Origin: Rhodospirillaceae bacterium
GTDB lineage: Bacteria > Pseudomonadota > Alphaproteobacteria > SHVP01
Reading direction: 5' to 3'
Length of the DNA stretch: 64,000 nt
Assembly (NCBI GenBank): GCA_002722055.1
Contig: PBKD01000004.1
Coordinates: 7,049-71,048 of the forward strand
The position numbers were made by a program, and so were the translations under genes. This document shows, piece by piece, positions 50,778 through 60,587 of the stretch (position 1 is its first letter; each line of letters opens with the position of its first letter). The notes beneath the pieces are model-generated. The model was given only the letters and a program-made list of their open reading frames with translations. It did not search any database and was not told the origin of the DNA.

Positions 50778-51527
50778 TTATGATTGATCATTTTTTTTAA
50801 TTTGTCTTTTATTTTCATACATATCTTTATCAGCCTCGGCTAACGCCTGACTTACATCTTCACTTCCAGTAATTGTATACACACCTACTGCGACGTTAAC
50901 TATCAAATTTTGATTATCAAATATAAAAGGACTATCTGTAATAGCCCTAGCTAATTCATCAGCTTTTTCTTTTGCAGAGTTTGTATCTGCCTCGTCAAGG
51001 ATTACACAAAACTCATCTCCTCCCAAACGTCCTATTTGATCAATTTCTCTAACATTATCAACCAACACTTTAGCAACATGTTTTAGTGCCTCATCACCAG
51101 CGACATGACCAAAATTATCATTAATTTTTTTCAAATCATTTACATCTATATACACAATACTACTGGGCTTACCATAACGTTCTACTCTTGCCATAGATCT
51201 TGTTAATTCTCTTACAAAAGCTCTTCTATTTTGAACTGGTAACAAGGAGTCTCTATCAGCTAACTTGGCAAGATTGGCCAGCTCATTTTTAGTTGCATCA
51301 ATCTCTTTCCTCATGGCCGCCACCTCAGCCATTAGAGACATTATTGCTTCCCTAACTTTAGGCGTTAATTCAGCTTCAGGAATACCCATAATTGAAACTT
51401 GGTCATCAACAGGATCTTTTTTGGATGTTGAATAAGCATCAGCTACCTTGCTCGAAGAGCTATTTGAAGTTCTTCGAACTCTAGTTACTTTGGAAGTTCC
51501 AACTGGACCTATAGGATTAATTTTCAT
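50778..51527 (-). CDS. Diguanylate cyclase (GGDEF)
   Basis: DSLL..NRR, K.IND.FGH..GD, intact GGDEF and RxxD I-site (REID). Confidence 0.93.
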   Translation of the reverse strand: MKINPIGPVGTSKVTRVRRTSNSSSSKVADAYSTSKKDPVDDQVSIMGIPEAELTPKVREAIMSLMAEVAAMRKEIDATKNELANLAKLADRDSLLPVQNRRAFVRELTRSMARVERYGKPSSIVYIDVNDLKKINDNFGHVAGDEALKHVAKVLVDNVREIDQIGRLGGDEFCVILDEADTNSAKEKADELARAITDSPFIFDNQNLIVNVAVGVYTITGSEDVSQALAEADKDMYENKRQIKKNDQS

Positions 51528-51723
51528 ATATAATCATAAAGTATTTTCAATAATTTAATATATTGTAACACACATAGTAGAAATATAACTATTATATATT
51601 AGTAAAAATAAAATGAATAATGTATTATTTTGAAGTTGGCAAATATAATTTAATGTCCCAGTCCTATATTGATTATATTTTTAATAGATATTTTTCTATT
51701 TTGTAATTTTTTGGGAGGTTTTA

Positions 51724-52227
51724 ATGAATAGTTTGGAAGCTAAAGTTGGTATAATTATGGGGAGCCAATCTGATTGGCCAACTATGAAATTAGCTGCTGA
51801 AATTCTTAAAAAGTTTAATATTCCTTTTGAAACCAAAATTATTTCTGCTCACAGAACGCCGGATATTATGTATGAATATGCAAAAAATTTGCAAAAAAGA
51901 GGATTGAAAGTTGTTATAGCTGGGGCCGGAGGAGCGGCTCATTTACCTGGAATGGTTGCTTCGTTAACCACAATTCCAGTTTTAGGTGTCCCTATTAAAT
52001 CTAGCACCCTAAATGGTGTTGATAGTCTTTTGTCTATTGTTCAAATGCCGAAAGGAGTGCCTGTTGGAACCTTAGCAATTGGAGATTCAGGCGCCACCAA
52101 TGCAGCACTTTTAGCTATATCTATTCTTGGTATTGAGGATAAAAATTTGAATCATTCACTTGTTGAATATAAAAATAATTTAAAAAAAGATATTGCAAAT
52201 ATACCCGACCCCACAATTTCTAACTAA
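51724..52227 (+). CDS. purE: N5-CAIR mutase
   Basis: [24 protein letters not shown] and VQMPKG. Confidence 0.98.
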   Translation: MNSLEAKVGIIMGSQSDWPTMKLAAEILKKFNIPFETKIISAHRTPDIMYEYAKNLQKRGLKVVIAGAGGAAHLPGMVASLTTIPVLGVPIKSSTLNGVDSLLSIVQMPKGVPVGTLAIGDSGATNAALLAISILGIEDKNLNHSLVEYKNNLKKDIANIPDPTISN

Positions 52228-52236
52228 ATGCTTTAA

Positions 52237-53310
52237 ATGAATAAAAAAATTATTTTAGGTTCAACTATAGGGATATTAGGTGGAGGCCAACTTGGTAAAA
52301 TGTTGTGTATTGCTGCACAGAGACTTGGCTATAAAGTTCATATTTTTTCTGATAATAAAGATAACCCTGCTGTAAACATTTCAGACTATCATACTATTGG
52401 TAATTTTGATGAATTAGATAAAATTAAATCATTCGCCAAAGATTGTTCTATTATTACCTTTGAAACTGAAAATATACCTATAAATACAGTATTAACGGTT
52501 ACTAGATTTTCGGATATAGCTCCACAACTAAAATCGTTAGAAATAACTCAGGATAGAATAAAAGAAAAAAGATTCTTAAATTCTCAGAAAATTAACACTA
52601 CTAAATTTCACGAGATTTCAAATTTAGCAGATCTTAAATTAGCATCAGAATTAGTTGGGTTTCCATCAATAATTAAGACAAATAGACTAGGCTATGATGG
52701 TAAAGGTCAATTTTTAATTAAGAATCTTAAAGAACTTATTAAAGCATGGGATAAACTAAGTAATCAAGATTGTATTCTTGAAAAGAAAATTGATTTTAAA
52801 AAAGAAATCTCAGTTATTCTTGCAAGAAAAAATAATGACAACATAGAAATATATGAACCAGTAGATAATTTCCATGAGGATGGAATTCTCAGAACTAGTA
52901 AAGTTTCTTCAATAATTAATGGAGATATAAAATTAAAAGCTCAAGAAATTGGAGTAAAAATTGCAAACAATATGCAACATATCGGTGTAATTTGTATAGA
53001 AATGTTTTTGACAAAAGAAGATAAACTATTAGTAAATGAGATAGCACCTAGGGTGCATAATTCAGGTCATTGGACACTCGATGGATCAGTAACTGATCAA
53101 TTTGAACAACATATAAGGTCAATTTGCAACTTACCGCTTGGTGATACATACAGACATTCAAATATAATAATGAAAAATGTTTTAGGGGATGAGATTAAAT
53201 CAGTCGAAAAATTTTTTTCAGACCCAGCAGTAAAAGTACATTTATATGGTAAAAAAGAAATAAGAAAAAATAGAAAAATGGGCCATCTAAATTTTATTTT
53301 AAAAAAATGA
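52237..53310 (+). CDS. purK: N5-CAIR synthase
   Basis: GGGQLG.M, GYDGKGQ, NEIAPRVHNSGH and RKMGH. Confidence 0.97.
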   Translation: MNKKIILGSTIGILGGGQLGKMLCIAAQRLGYKVHIFSDNKDNPAVNISDYHTIGNFDELDKIKSFAKDCSIITFETENIPINTVLTVTRFSDIAPQLKSLEITQDRIKEKRFLNSQKINTTKFHEISNLADLKLASELVGFPSIIKTNRLGYDGKGQFLIKNLKELIKAWDKLSNQDCILEKKIDFKKEISVILARKNNDNIEIYEPVDNFHEDGILRTSKVSSIINGDIKLKAQEIGVKIANNMQHIGVICIEMFLTKEDKLLVNEIAPRVHNSGHWTLDGSVTDQFEQHIRSICNLPLGDTYRHSNIIMKNVLGDEIKSVEKFFSDPAVKVHLYGKKEIRKNRKMGHLNFILKK

Positions 53311-53943
53311 TTTTAAAGGGAAATTAAATTTTTTTTTAACAAAAATTGAATTCAAGCTCTTTTTAATTTTCTCTATCTGCATCACATTAGAAATTCTTCT
53401 ATCAATGAAATTTGAAACATCATCCCTATTATCGACTTCTAACCAAAATAATATAGTTGATATATATACCCCACTTAATAAAATTCGCTTTGTATAAAAA
53501 TTATAATCTAGAGATCTATCTCCAGCCAGCCTCCACATTAAATCAACTGAACTTCCTATTCTATTTACTAAACTTGACCGAGGGCCCAATAATAAATCTT
53601 TTCCAATAATTTGTGTAATTACCTGTTTTTCTTTGGCAAAAAAATCTAATCTAAGATTTAATAATATCTTGATACGTTCTCTGATTGATTTACTGTTCAA
53701 ATCTACTGCCCGCAAGTCATATTCAAGTTTTTTATCAGCTACTTTAATATAGAGATCAGTTAGATCATCAATTCCATTTGGAAAAAGCTCTTCGATTGAG
53801 TCTAGATTTCCATTTTCTTCTAAGCATAGATTCAACGAATTAGCAGACCAACCAGTAAATGGAGTGTGACCAATCAACTTATACAAAACATCAATCTCAA
53901 TTTTATCAAAATATTTTAAATATTCTTCTTCTTTTCGTTCCAA
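53299..53943 (-). CDS. COQ9 family protein (rpsU-divergent protein)
   Basis: F.GW, FP.G, D.MW..AGD.S.DYN.YTKR and F.DRRI..VM. Confidence 0.88.
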   Translation of the reverse strand: MERKEEEYLKYFDKIEIDVLYKLIGHTPFTGWSANSLNLCLEENGNLDSIEELFPNGIDDLTDLYIKVADKKLEYDLRAVDLNSKSIRERIKILLNLRLDFFAKEKQVITQIIGKDLLLGPRSSLVNRIGSSVDLMWRLAGDRSLDYNFYTKRILLSGVYISTILFWLEVDNRDDVSNFIDRRISNVMQIEKIKKSLNSIFVKKKFNFPLKSFF

Positions 53944-53964
53944 TTTCTGACCTTTTTAATTATT

Positions 53965-54483
53965 TTAGAGATTATTATAAAACTTCATCTCAGTTTCAAA
54001 TATTAAATTTTCTAATTTATCCATCCTCTGTACATATAGTATTCCATCTAAATGATCACACTCATGCTGAACTACTCTTGAGTGTAAACCGTCTACTATT
54101 CTATCAAAAAAAATACCTTCCTCATTAAAAGCTGAATATCTGATCTTTTTATACCTTGGGACCAGTCCTCTTAAGCCAGGGACCGAAAGACATCCCTCCC
54201 AATCATAATCCATCTCAGTTCCTAGAGGCTCAATTTTTGGATTTATTAATATATTTAATGGCGCATTATTATGATTAGGGTTTTCATTTGGTGAATAAAA
54301 AATTACTAATCTTTTAGAAACATGAACTTGTGGTGCAGCCAAACCTAGCCCCTGAATATCCTCCAAAGTTTCAATCATATCCTCAACTAGATATTTAACT
54401 GAATCCGACCTTGGATCTAATATTTCTGCAGATTTTTTTCGTAAAATTGGGTGACCCATTTTAGCAATTTTTAGTATAGACAT
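53965..54483 (-). CDS. def: Peptide deformylase
   Basis: GLGLAAPQ, EGCLS and QHECDHLDG. Confidence 0.97.
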   Translation of the reverse strand: MSILKIAKMGHPILRKKSAEILDPRSDSVKYLVEDMIETLEDIQGLGLAAPQVHVSKRLVIFYSPNENPNHNNAPLNILINPKIEPLGTEMDYDWEGCLSVPGLRGLVPRYKKIRYSAFNEEGIFFDRIVDGLHSRVVQHECDHLDGILYVQRMDKLENLIFETEMKFYNNL

Positions 54484-54640
54484 CCATAATCCTATAAATT
54501 TTCATTAATTTTAGATAATTTTAACAAATATTATGATATTTTACCCTATATGACTTCACATTCTATTAACTCTGTGCTATTGACCGCATCTTATAATTTA
54601 ATATAAGTATAATTTATTTTAAACCATTTAGGAGTTTTTT

Positions 54641-54841
54641 TTGCAAGTTTCAGTTAGAGATAACAATGTTGATCAAGCATTAAGAGCATTAAAGAAGAAA
54701 ATGCAACGTGAAGGTATTTTTAGGGAAATGAAACTTCGCAATTTTTACGAAAAGCCCTCAGAAAAAAAAGCTAGAGAAAAAGCAGAAGCTATAAGAAGAG
54801 TTAGAAAACTAGCAAGAAAAAAAGCACAGCGGGATTCTTAG
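54641..54841 (+). CDS. rpsU: 30S ribosomal protein S21
   Basis: [21 protein letters not shown] and YEKPSE; TTG start after AGGAG. Confidence 0.97.
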   Translation: MQVSVRDNNVDQALRALKKKMQREGIFREMKLRNFYEKPSEKKAREKAEAIRRVRKLARKKAQRDS

Positions 54842-54846
54842 TTTTT

Positions 54847-56229
54847 TTAAATTGATTTAACTATTTTTTCAACCATTTCTTTAGCATCTCCGAAAAGCAT
54901 CATAGTATTGTCTCTATAAAATACTGAGTTATCAATTCCTGCGTATCCGGGTGATAACGATCTTTTAACAAAAAGAACAGTTTGAGATTTTTCAACATCC
55001 AAAATTGGCATTCCATATATCGGACTTTGAGGATCATTTTTAGCAGCGGGATTGGTAACATCATTTGCGCCTATTACAAAAGCAACATCTGAGTTTGAAA
55101 AATCAGAATTTATCTCGTCTAACTCAAAAACATCATCATAGTCTACACTTGATTCAGCAAGAAGAACATTCATATGACCTGGCATTCTTCCGGCAACTGG
55201 GTGAATAGCATACCTAACTTTGACTCCGGCCTCTTTTAATGCATCAGACATTTCTTTTATTACATGCTGCGCTTGAGCAACAGCTAAACCATATCCAGGA
55301 ACAATTATAACTGAACCAGCATTTGACATTATAAAAGCAGCGTCTTCTGCGCTACCAGGCTTTACTGACTTTTCACCTGTTTCATCTTTATAAATTGACT
55401 CCCCACCAAACCCTCCAAGTATTACACTAAAGAATGAACGATTCATTGCTTTACACATTATGTAGGACAATATTGCTCCAGAAGAACCTACTAGTGCTCC
55501 AGTAATAATTAGGGCTGTATTTTCAAGTGTAAAGCCAATACCTGCAGCTGCCCAACCTGAATAGGAATTCAACATTGATACTACTACTGGCATATCAGCT
55601 CCACCTATTGGCAAGATCAATAAAATACCAATAGCCAGAGATAAGGCTACTAAAATCCAAAATGCAAGTAAGTCTTGGGTAGATACAAAGTAGATTGAAA
55701 TTAAAATAATTAATACACCAAGAATTAGGTTTAGCCAGTGCTGACCAAAAAATACAACAGGGTTTCCACTAACTAAACCTTGAAGTTTAGTAAAAGCTAG
55801 AATAGATCCAGTAAATGTTATTGCTCCAACTGCTACTCCAATAGCCATCTCAATTAAACTGGCAATTTTAATATTTCCACTATTTCCTATTCCATAAGAC
55901 TCAGGAGAGTAAAGAGCAGCAGCTGCTACTAGAACTGCAGCTAAACCTACCAAACTATGAAATGCAGCAACAAGTTGAGGCATTGCTGTCATCTGGATTT
56001 TACGAGCTATAGTTGTTCCAATTATTGCACCAATTAAAAGACCAATTATAATAAGTTCAAAACTTAATATTCCTGGATTAAAGAGTGTAGTTATGACTGC
56101 AATAAGCATTCCTATGATACCAAATAAATTACCTCTTCTTGCTGAAATAGGCGACGAAAGGCCCCTTAATGCCATAATAAAGCAAACACCAGATATTAAA
56201 TAAGCGACAGCAGATATATTAACAATCAA
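54847..56229 (-). CDS. pntB: NAD(P) transhydrogenase beta subunit
   Basis: MPQLVAAFHS, IGGADMPVV, HPVAGRMPGHMNV and GANDVTNP. Confidence 0.98.
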   Translation of the reverse strand: MIVNISAVAYLISGVCFIMALRGLSSPISARRGNLFGIIGMLIAVITTLFNPGILSFELIIIGLLIGAIIGTTIARKIQMTAMPQLVAAFHSLVGLAAVLVAAAALYSPESYGIGNSGNIKIASLIEMAIGVAVGAITFTGSILAFTKLQGLVSGNPVVFFGQHWLNLILGVLIILISIYFVSTQDLLAFWILVALSLAIGILLILPIGGADMPVVVSMLNSYSGWAAAGIGFTLENTALIITGALVGSSGAILSYIMCKAMNRSFFSVILGGFGGESIYKDETGEKSVKPGSAEDAAFIMSNAGSVIIVPGYGLAVAQAQHVIKEMSDALKEAGVKVRYAIHPVAGRMPGHMNVLLAESSVDYDDVFELDEINSDFSNSDVAFVIGANDVTNPAAKNDPQSPIYGMPILDVEKSQTVLFVKRSLSPGYAGIDNSVFYRDNTMMLFGDAKEMVEKIVKSI

Positions 56230-56241
56230 AATTAAACCTAC

Positions 56242-56538
56242 CTATTTTTTTTTCTTAAACATTTCTAACATTCGTTGTGTAACTACAAAGCCTCCAAAAA
56301 TATTTATCGCTGCCAAAACAATGGCAATAAAGCCAAAAATTTTTGATAAATTCAAATCACCGGGTCCGGCAGCAATTAATGCCCCAACAATTATTACGCT
56401 TGATATCGCATTAGTTACAGACATGAGTGGGGTATGAAGAGCTGGGGTAACACTCCACACTACATAGTAACCAACAAAAATTGCTAAAACAAAAATTGAT
56501 AGTTGGAATATAAAAGGATCAATAACTAAATTTTCCAT
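56242..56538 (-). CDS. pntAB: NAD(P) transhydrogenase alpha-2 subunit
   Basis: VTPALHTPLMSVTNAIS and NIFGGF.VT.RML. Confidence 0.96.
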   Translation of the reverse strand: MENLVIDPFIFQLSIFVLAIFVGYYVVWSVTPALHTPLMSVTNAISSVIIVGALIAAGPGDLNLSKIFGFIAIVLAAINIFGGFVVTQRMLEMFKKKK

Positions 56539-56556
56539 TGTAATTCCTTAAAAATA

Positions 56557-57705
56557 TTATTTAATAGTAAAGTCATTATTCACAATTTTTCCATCTTTAG
56601 TTAGAGTAGTAGCTTTAATAATTTCGTCATCCCAATCAATGCTATCGAAATCTTTTTTATCTTTAATTAACAAATCTAAGAAATTCAAAATATTTTTAGA
56701 ATAAAGATTAGATGAATCTAAAGGTATTAGACTAGGAAAATTAGCTTTTCCTATAATTTTTACCCCGTTTACATTGCTAACTAAACCATACTCTGAGGAT
56801 TCGCAATTACCTCCCTGCTCAACCGCTAAATCAACAATTATTGAACCTGATTTCATTATCTTAACGGTTTCTTTCTTTATAAGTATGGGTGCTTTTTTAC
56901 CTGGGATAAGAGCTGTACAAATAGCAATATCACACTTAGATAAAGTTTCCTTAACAAGGTTCTCTTGTTTTTCCTGATAATCCTCACTCATTTCTTTTGC
57001 ATAACCGCCTGATGTTTCAGATTCAATTGACTCTTCAGTCTCAACCATCACAAATTTTGCACCTAAAGACTCAACTTGCTCTTTAACATTTGGCCTAACA
57101 TCTGTTGCATAAACTATAGCTCCTAATCTTTTAGCTGTAGCAATTGCTTGAAGACCTGCAACCCCTGCACCCAAAACAAAAACTTTTGCGGGAGCAACCG
57201 TACCTGCAGCAGTCATCATCATAGGCATAGCCTTACCGTACTCATTTGCTGCTTCTAAAACTGATTTATAACCTGCTAAATTAGACTGTGATGATAAAAC
57301 ATCCATACTTTGAGCTCTGGTAATTCTTGGAACAAGCTCCAGAGATATCGCAGTAATATTATTTTCAGCATATTGTTGTATTTGTTCTAAATTACTAAAG
57401 GGATCTAAGAGACCAATTAGAATACAGTTCTTCTTAAGATTACTGCATTCTGTCTCACCTTTATCCAGTTCATTTATAGGCCTTTGTACTTTAATAATTA
57501 TATCAGCATTTTTCAATTCATCTTGATTTTCAAATATAGTTGCCCCTGCGTCGTTATAAAGATCATCAGTTATTTGAGCGCCAAGACCAGCACCCTTTTC
57601 TACCATAACCTCTAAGCCAAGAGAGATTATCTTCCTTACAGTCTCTGGAGTTGCGGAAACTCTCTTTTCAAAATCTCTTTTTTCTTTTAAAACTGCTAAT
57701 TTCAT
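56557..57705 (-). CDS. pntAA: NAD(P) transhydrogenase alpha-1 subunit
   Basis: PRITRAQSMDVLSSQ, GAGVAGL, GGYA and GGNC. Confidence 0.97.
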   Translation of the reverse strand: MKLAVLKEKRDFEKRVSATPETVRKIISLGLEVMVEKGAGLGAQITDDLYNDAGATIFENQDELKNADIIIKVQRPINELDKGETECSNLKKNCILIGLLDPFSNLEQIQQYAENNITAISLELVPRITRAQSMDVLSSQSNLAGYKSVLEAANEYGKAMPMMMTAAGTVAPAKVFVLGAGVAGLQAIATAKRLGAIVYATDVRPNVKEQVESLGAKFVMVETEESIESETSGGYAKEMSEDYQEKQENLVKETLSKCDIAICTALIPGKKAPILIKKETVKIMKSGSIIVDLAVEQGGNCESSEYGLVSNVNGVKIIGKANFPSLIPLDSSNLYSKNILNFLDLLIKDKKDFDSIDWDDEIIKATTLTKDGKIVNNDFTIK

Positions 57706-57746
57706 AATTGATAGTAGTAACTTTTAGGTTATTTTATTTGGATTTT

Positions 57747-57875
57747 TTATAATAGAAAAAAGGCTAGTAAAATCAAGAGTGCGATTACTAAAACAGAGCT
57801 CCATTGAGTTAACTTTACAAATAGACTCCATGTATCTTCTTTCTCTTCATAGTCTAAATTTTCTTCTGTCATCAT
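57747..57875 (-). CDS. aa3-type cytochrome c oxidase subunit IV-like small membrane protein (not in ORF track)
   Basis: MMTEENLDYEEKEDTWSLFVKLTQWSSVLVIALLILLAFFLL*, GGAG SD; D..E...T(W/Y)..F pattern plus one TM; typical position upstream of pntA. Confidence 0.8.
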   Translation of the reverse strand: MMTEENLDYEEKEDTWSLFVKLTQWSSVLVIALLILLAFFLL

Positions 57876-57906
57876 TTTCTCCGTACAAAGAATAAAAAAA
57901 CCTATT

Positions 57907-59688
57907 TTATGCTTCTACATCTATATTTACTAATTCGTCAATCAAATTTTCAATTACTTCAAGCCCTTTATACCAAAAATCTTGGTTTGAGGCATCTAAA
58001 TTAAACACCCTAATCAAGTCTTTATAATTTTTTGACCCTCCCGCTTTTAGGAGGTCCAAATATTTACTTTCAAAATCTTCAAAATTATTTTGATATACCT
58101 TAAATAGAGAGTTTACTAAACTATCACCAAATGCATAAGAATATACATAAAATGGACTATGAAAAAAATGCGAAACGTAACACCAATAATTTCTATATTC
58201 TGGACCTAATTCAAATGCATCACCCAAGCTTTCTTTTTGGGTTTTAAGCCATAATTCATTTATTTCACTTTTATTAAGCTCTGACTCTCTACGCCTATTG
58301 TGTATTCTTTTTTCAAAATCATAAAATGAAATTTGCCTTATTACTGTATTAATCATTTCTTCTATTTTATTTGAAAGTATTTGTTTTTTTTCATTTATAC
58401 TCGAGCATGATTTTAATAAAGATTGAAATACCAATTGTTCACCAAAAACTGATGCAGTTTCAGCCAGAATCAAAGGTGTATCAGATAAAAGCAATCCTTG
58501 TTCTGAGGCTAGAACTTGATGAACACCATGACCGAGTTCATGAGCAAGAGTCATAACATCATTATTCCTTCCATAAAAATTCATCAATATATATGGATGT
58601 AATTTTGGAATAGTTTGATGTGAAAAGGCGCCAGAGGTTTTACCTTTTCTTGGAAGTGCATCTATCCACTCATTTTGAAAAAATAGATTAGCAATTTCTC
58701 CTAACTTTGGAGAGAAGTCAAAGAAAGCTGATAATACAAATTCTTTAGCATCTTTCCATTTCCATTTAGTATCTTCTGCAAAGTTTAAAGGAGCATTTCT
58801 ATCCCAAAAATTCAACTTCTCGAAACCTAATAGTTCTCTTTTTAAATTATAATACCTATGAGATATTCGAGGATAAAACTCTTTCACCGATGTAAATAAT
58901 GAATCAACAATTTCAGGTTCAATAAAATTTGAGATATGCCTCGAACTGTCAACATTGGTAAAACCCCTCCACCTATCTTCAATTTCTTTATCTTTAACTA
59001 TTGTATTTAAAATAAAAGCTAATAGATCTTCTTTTTTATTAAATTCGTTTGAGAGAGATAAACCAAATTGTTTTCTAAGTTCTCTTTTTGAACTACTAGA
59101 CATTAAGTCTAATGCCCTATCTAAACTATATTTTTCACTATCTACTGTAACAAATATTGAGGCAATAGTTTCATCGAAAAGTCTAATCCATGAATTTTTA
59201 CCTGTAGATTTTTTTTCAATTAAAAGTTTTTCTAAATCTTCTTTTAATTGAAATTTCTTCATACTTCTTATATTATTAATCCATTCAATATACCTTGAGA
59301 TATTCTCAATTTTTGAAATTTCTATTATTGTACTTGAAGTTAATTTATTTATTTCTAAGGTAAAAAACATAATATTTGCAGAATATTTATCTAGTTTTTC
59401 TCTGAGATAGTGCCCTTTGTTAGAGACCTCAATATCTAATAAATTCTCAGAAGTAATAAGATCTACAAAACTGTATATCTTCTCTATTTTTTCTTTAATT
59501 TTTTCATATTCTAAAATAGATATATATAATTTATCTAAGCTTAATAATAATAATTTATCTTTATATTTTTTGTTAAAAAAAATTATTTCATTATCTATCT
59601 CTTCTAATTCTATAGAAATTTTTTCTGACTTTATAGAGTCATATAAATCAGATAAATCCCAAGAAGGTATTTTCTTAATTTCATTCAT
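57907..59688 (-). CDS. pepF: M3 family oligoendopeptidase (PepF-like)
   Basis: WDLSDLY, GKTSGAF, TLAHELGHGVH, AETASVFGE and HFFHSPFYVY. Confidence 0.92.
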   Translation of the reverse strand: MNEIKKIPSWDLSDLYDSIKSEKISIELEEIDNEIIFFNKKYKDKLLLLSLDKLYISILEYEKIKEKIEKIYSFVDLITSENLLDIEVSNKGHYLREKLDKYSANIMFFTLEINKLTSSTIIEISKIENISRYIEWINNIRSMKKFQLKEDLEKLLIEKKSTGKNSWIRLFDETIASIFVTVDSEKYSLDRALDLMSSSSKRELRKQFGLSLSNEFNKKEDLLAFILNTIVKDKEIEDRWRGFTNVDSSRHISNFIEPEIVDSLFTSVKEFYPRISHRYYNLKRELLGFEKLNFWDRNAPLNFAEDTKWKWKDAKEFVLSAFFDFSPKLGEIANLFFQNEWIDALPRKGKTSGAFSHQTIPKLHPYILMNFYGRNNDVMTLAHELGHGVHQVLASEQGLLLSDTPLILAETASVFGEQLVFQSLLKSCSSINEKKQILSNKIEEMINTVIRQISFYDFEKRIHNRRRESELNKSEINELWLKTQKESLGDAFELGPEYRNYWCYVSHFFHSPFYVYSYAFGDSLVNSLFKVYQNNFEDFESKYLDLLKAGGSKNYKDLIRVFNLDASNQDFWYKGLEVIENLIDELVNIDVEA

Positions 59689-60133
59689 TAACTTTATACA
59701 AAAAATTTATACTAGCATTAGCTATGGGTTTATACTCATGGTCATTCCAAGCCTTAACATCTACATTAACAACTCGTTTACCATCTTTGATAATAATTGC
59801 TCTAGCAAAAGTATCAACGTTTCTTCCCTTTCTTAAAAAATTAACTGATATATCAATAATACTAGGGATATAATCTAAATTTTTTTGCCACAGAATATGG
59901 TACTGTGCTGTATTTTGCAATAACGCAACTATGGCACCTCCGTGCAAAACATTATTAACTGGATTTCCAATAAGATTTTCAGAGAATCTAAGTTTTGCGT
60001 AAAAGTTATTTTGTTCTAACATAAAAATTATGCCTGTTCTTTTAGTATAGGGTATACATGATGAAATGATAGATGGATCAAAATTTTCTTTGGCTTTAGA
60101 GATTATCTTTTTTAGGCTACATTCTATATTCAT
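59681..60133 (-). CDS. PaaI family hotdog thioesterase (has HGG, lacks the acidic residue)
   Basis: IPY, LIGNP....LHGGAIVALLQ, V.FLR.G and GKRV. Confidence 0.8.
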   Translation of the reverse strand: MNIECSLKKIISKAKENFDPSIISSCIPYTKRTGIIFMLEQNNFYAKLRFSENLIGNPVNNVLHGGAIVALLQNTAQYHILWQKNLDYIPSIIDISVNFLRKGRNVDTFARAIIIKDGKRVVNVDVKAWNDHEYKPIANASINFLYKVNE

Positions 60134-60143
60134 TATACTTAAA

Positions 60144-60587
60144 TTATTCTGTTGATTTTAAAGGTTTAAATAAAAATGTTGCATTTGCGTTAGCAATTAC
60201 TTTTTTATCTGATTGAAAGACTTTAACAAAAGAATATGCATTGTCTTTACTTAATTTAATACAATCAGCTCTAAAGTATATATATTTATTTAGACTCTTT
60301 GTAGATAAATGACTAATTTTTAAACTTAACGTCACCGCAGGCCTATACTCTCCAACCCTATTTAGAATAGCTAGATACGCAGCCGTATCAATTGCACCAT
60401 ACATAAAGCTATTATTAATTTCGTCATCATTACAGCCCTCTAGATTCCATTTATTTATATTGGACTTTAATATTACATTATTTGAAGATATTCTATAAAC
60501 AGTAATCTCAATAAATTTAGCATATGGTATAGCAGCAAGAAATTTATTGAGATTTTTCTCATCTAAAATATTTCTAGAAATTTTCAT
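60144..60587 (-). CDS. PaaI family hotdog thioesterase (has Asp, lacks HGG)
   Basis: IPYAKFI, GAIDTAA, VTLSLKISHL and IANANATF. Confidence 0.7.
   Translation of the reverse strand: MKISRNILDEKNLNKFLAAIPYAKFIEITVYRISSNNVILKSNINKWNLEGCNDDEINNSFMYGAIDTAAYLAILNRVGEYRPAVTLSLKISHLSTKSLNKYIYFRADCIKLSKDNAYSFVKVFQSDKKVIANANATFLFKPLKSTE

Noticed and set aside
59417..59836. 139-aa plus-strand ORF
   Set aside because: Antisense shadow of pepF and the PaaI gene; low complexity
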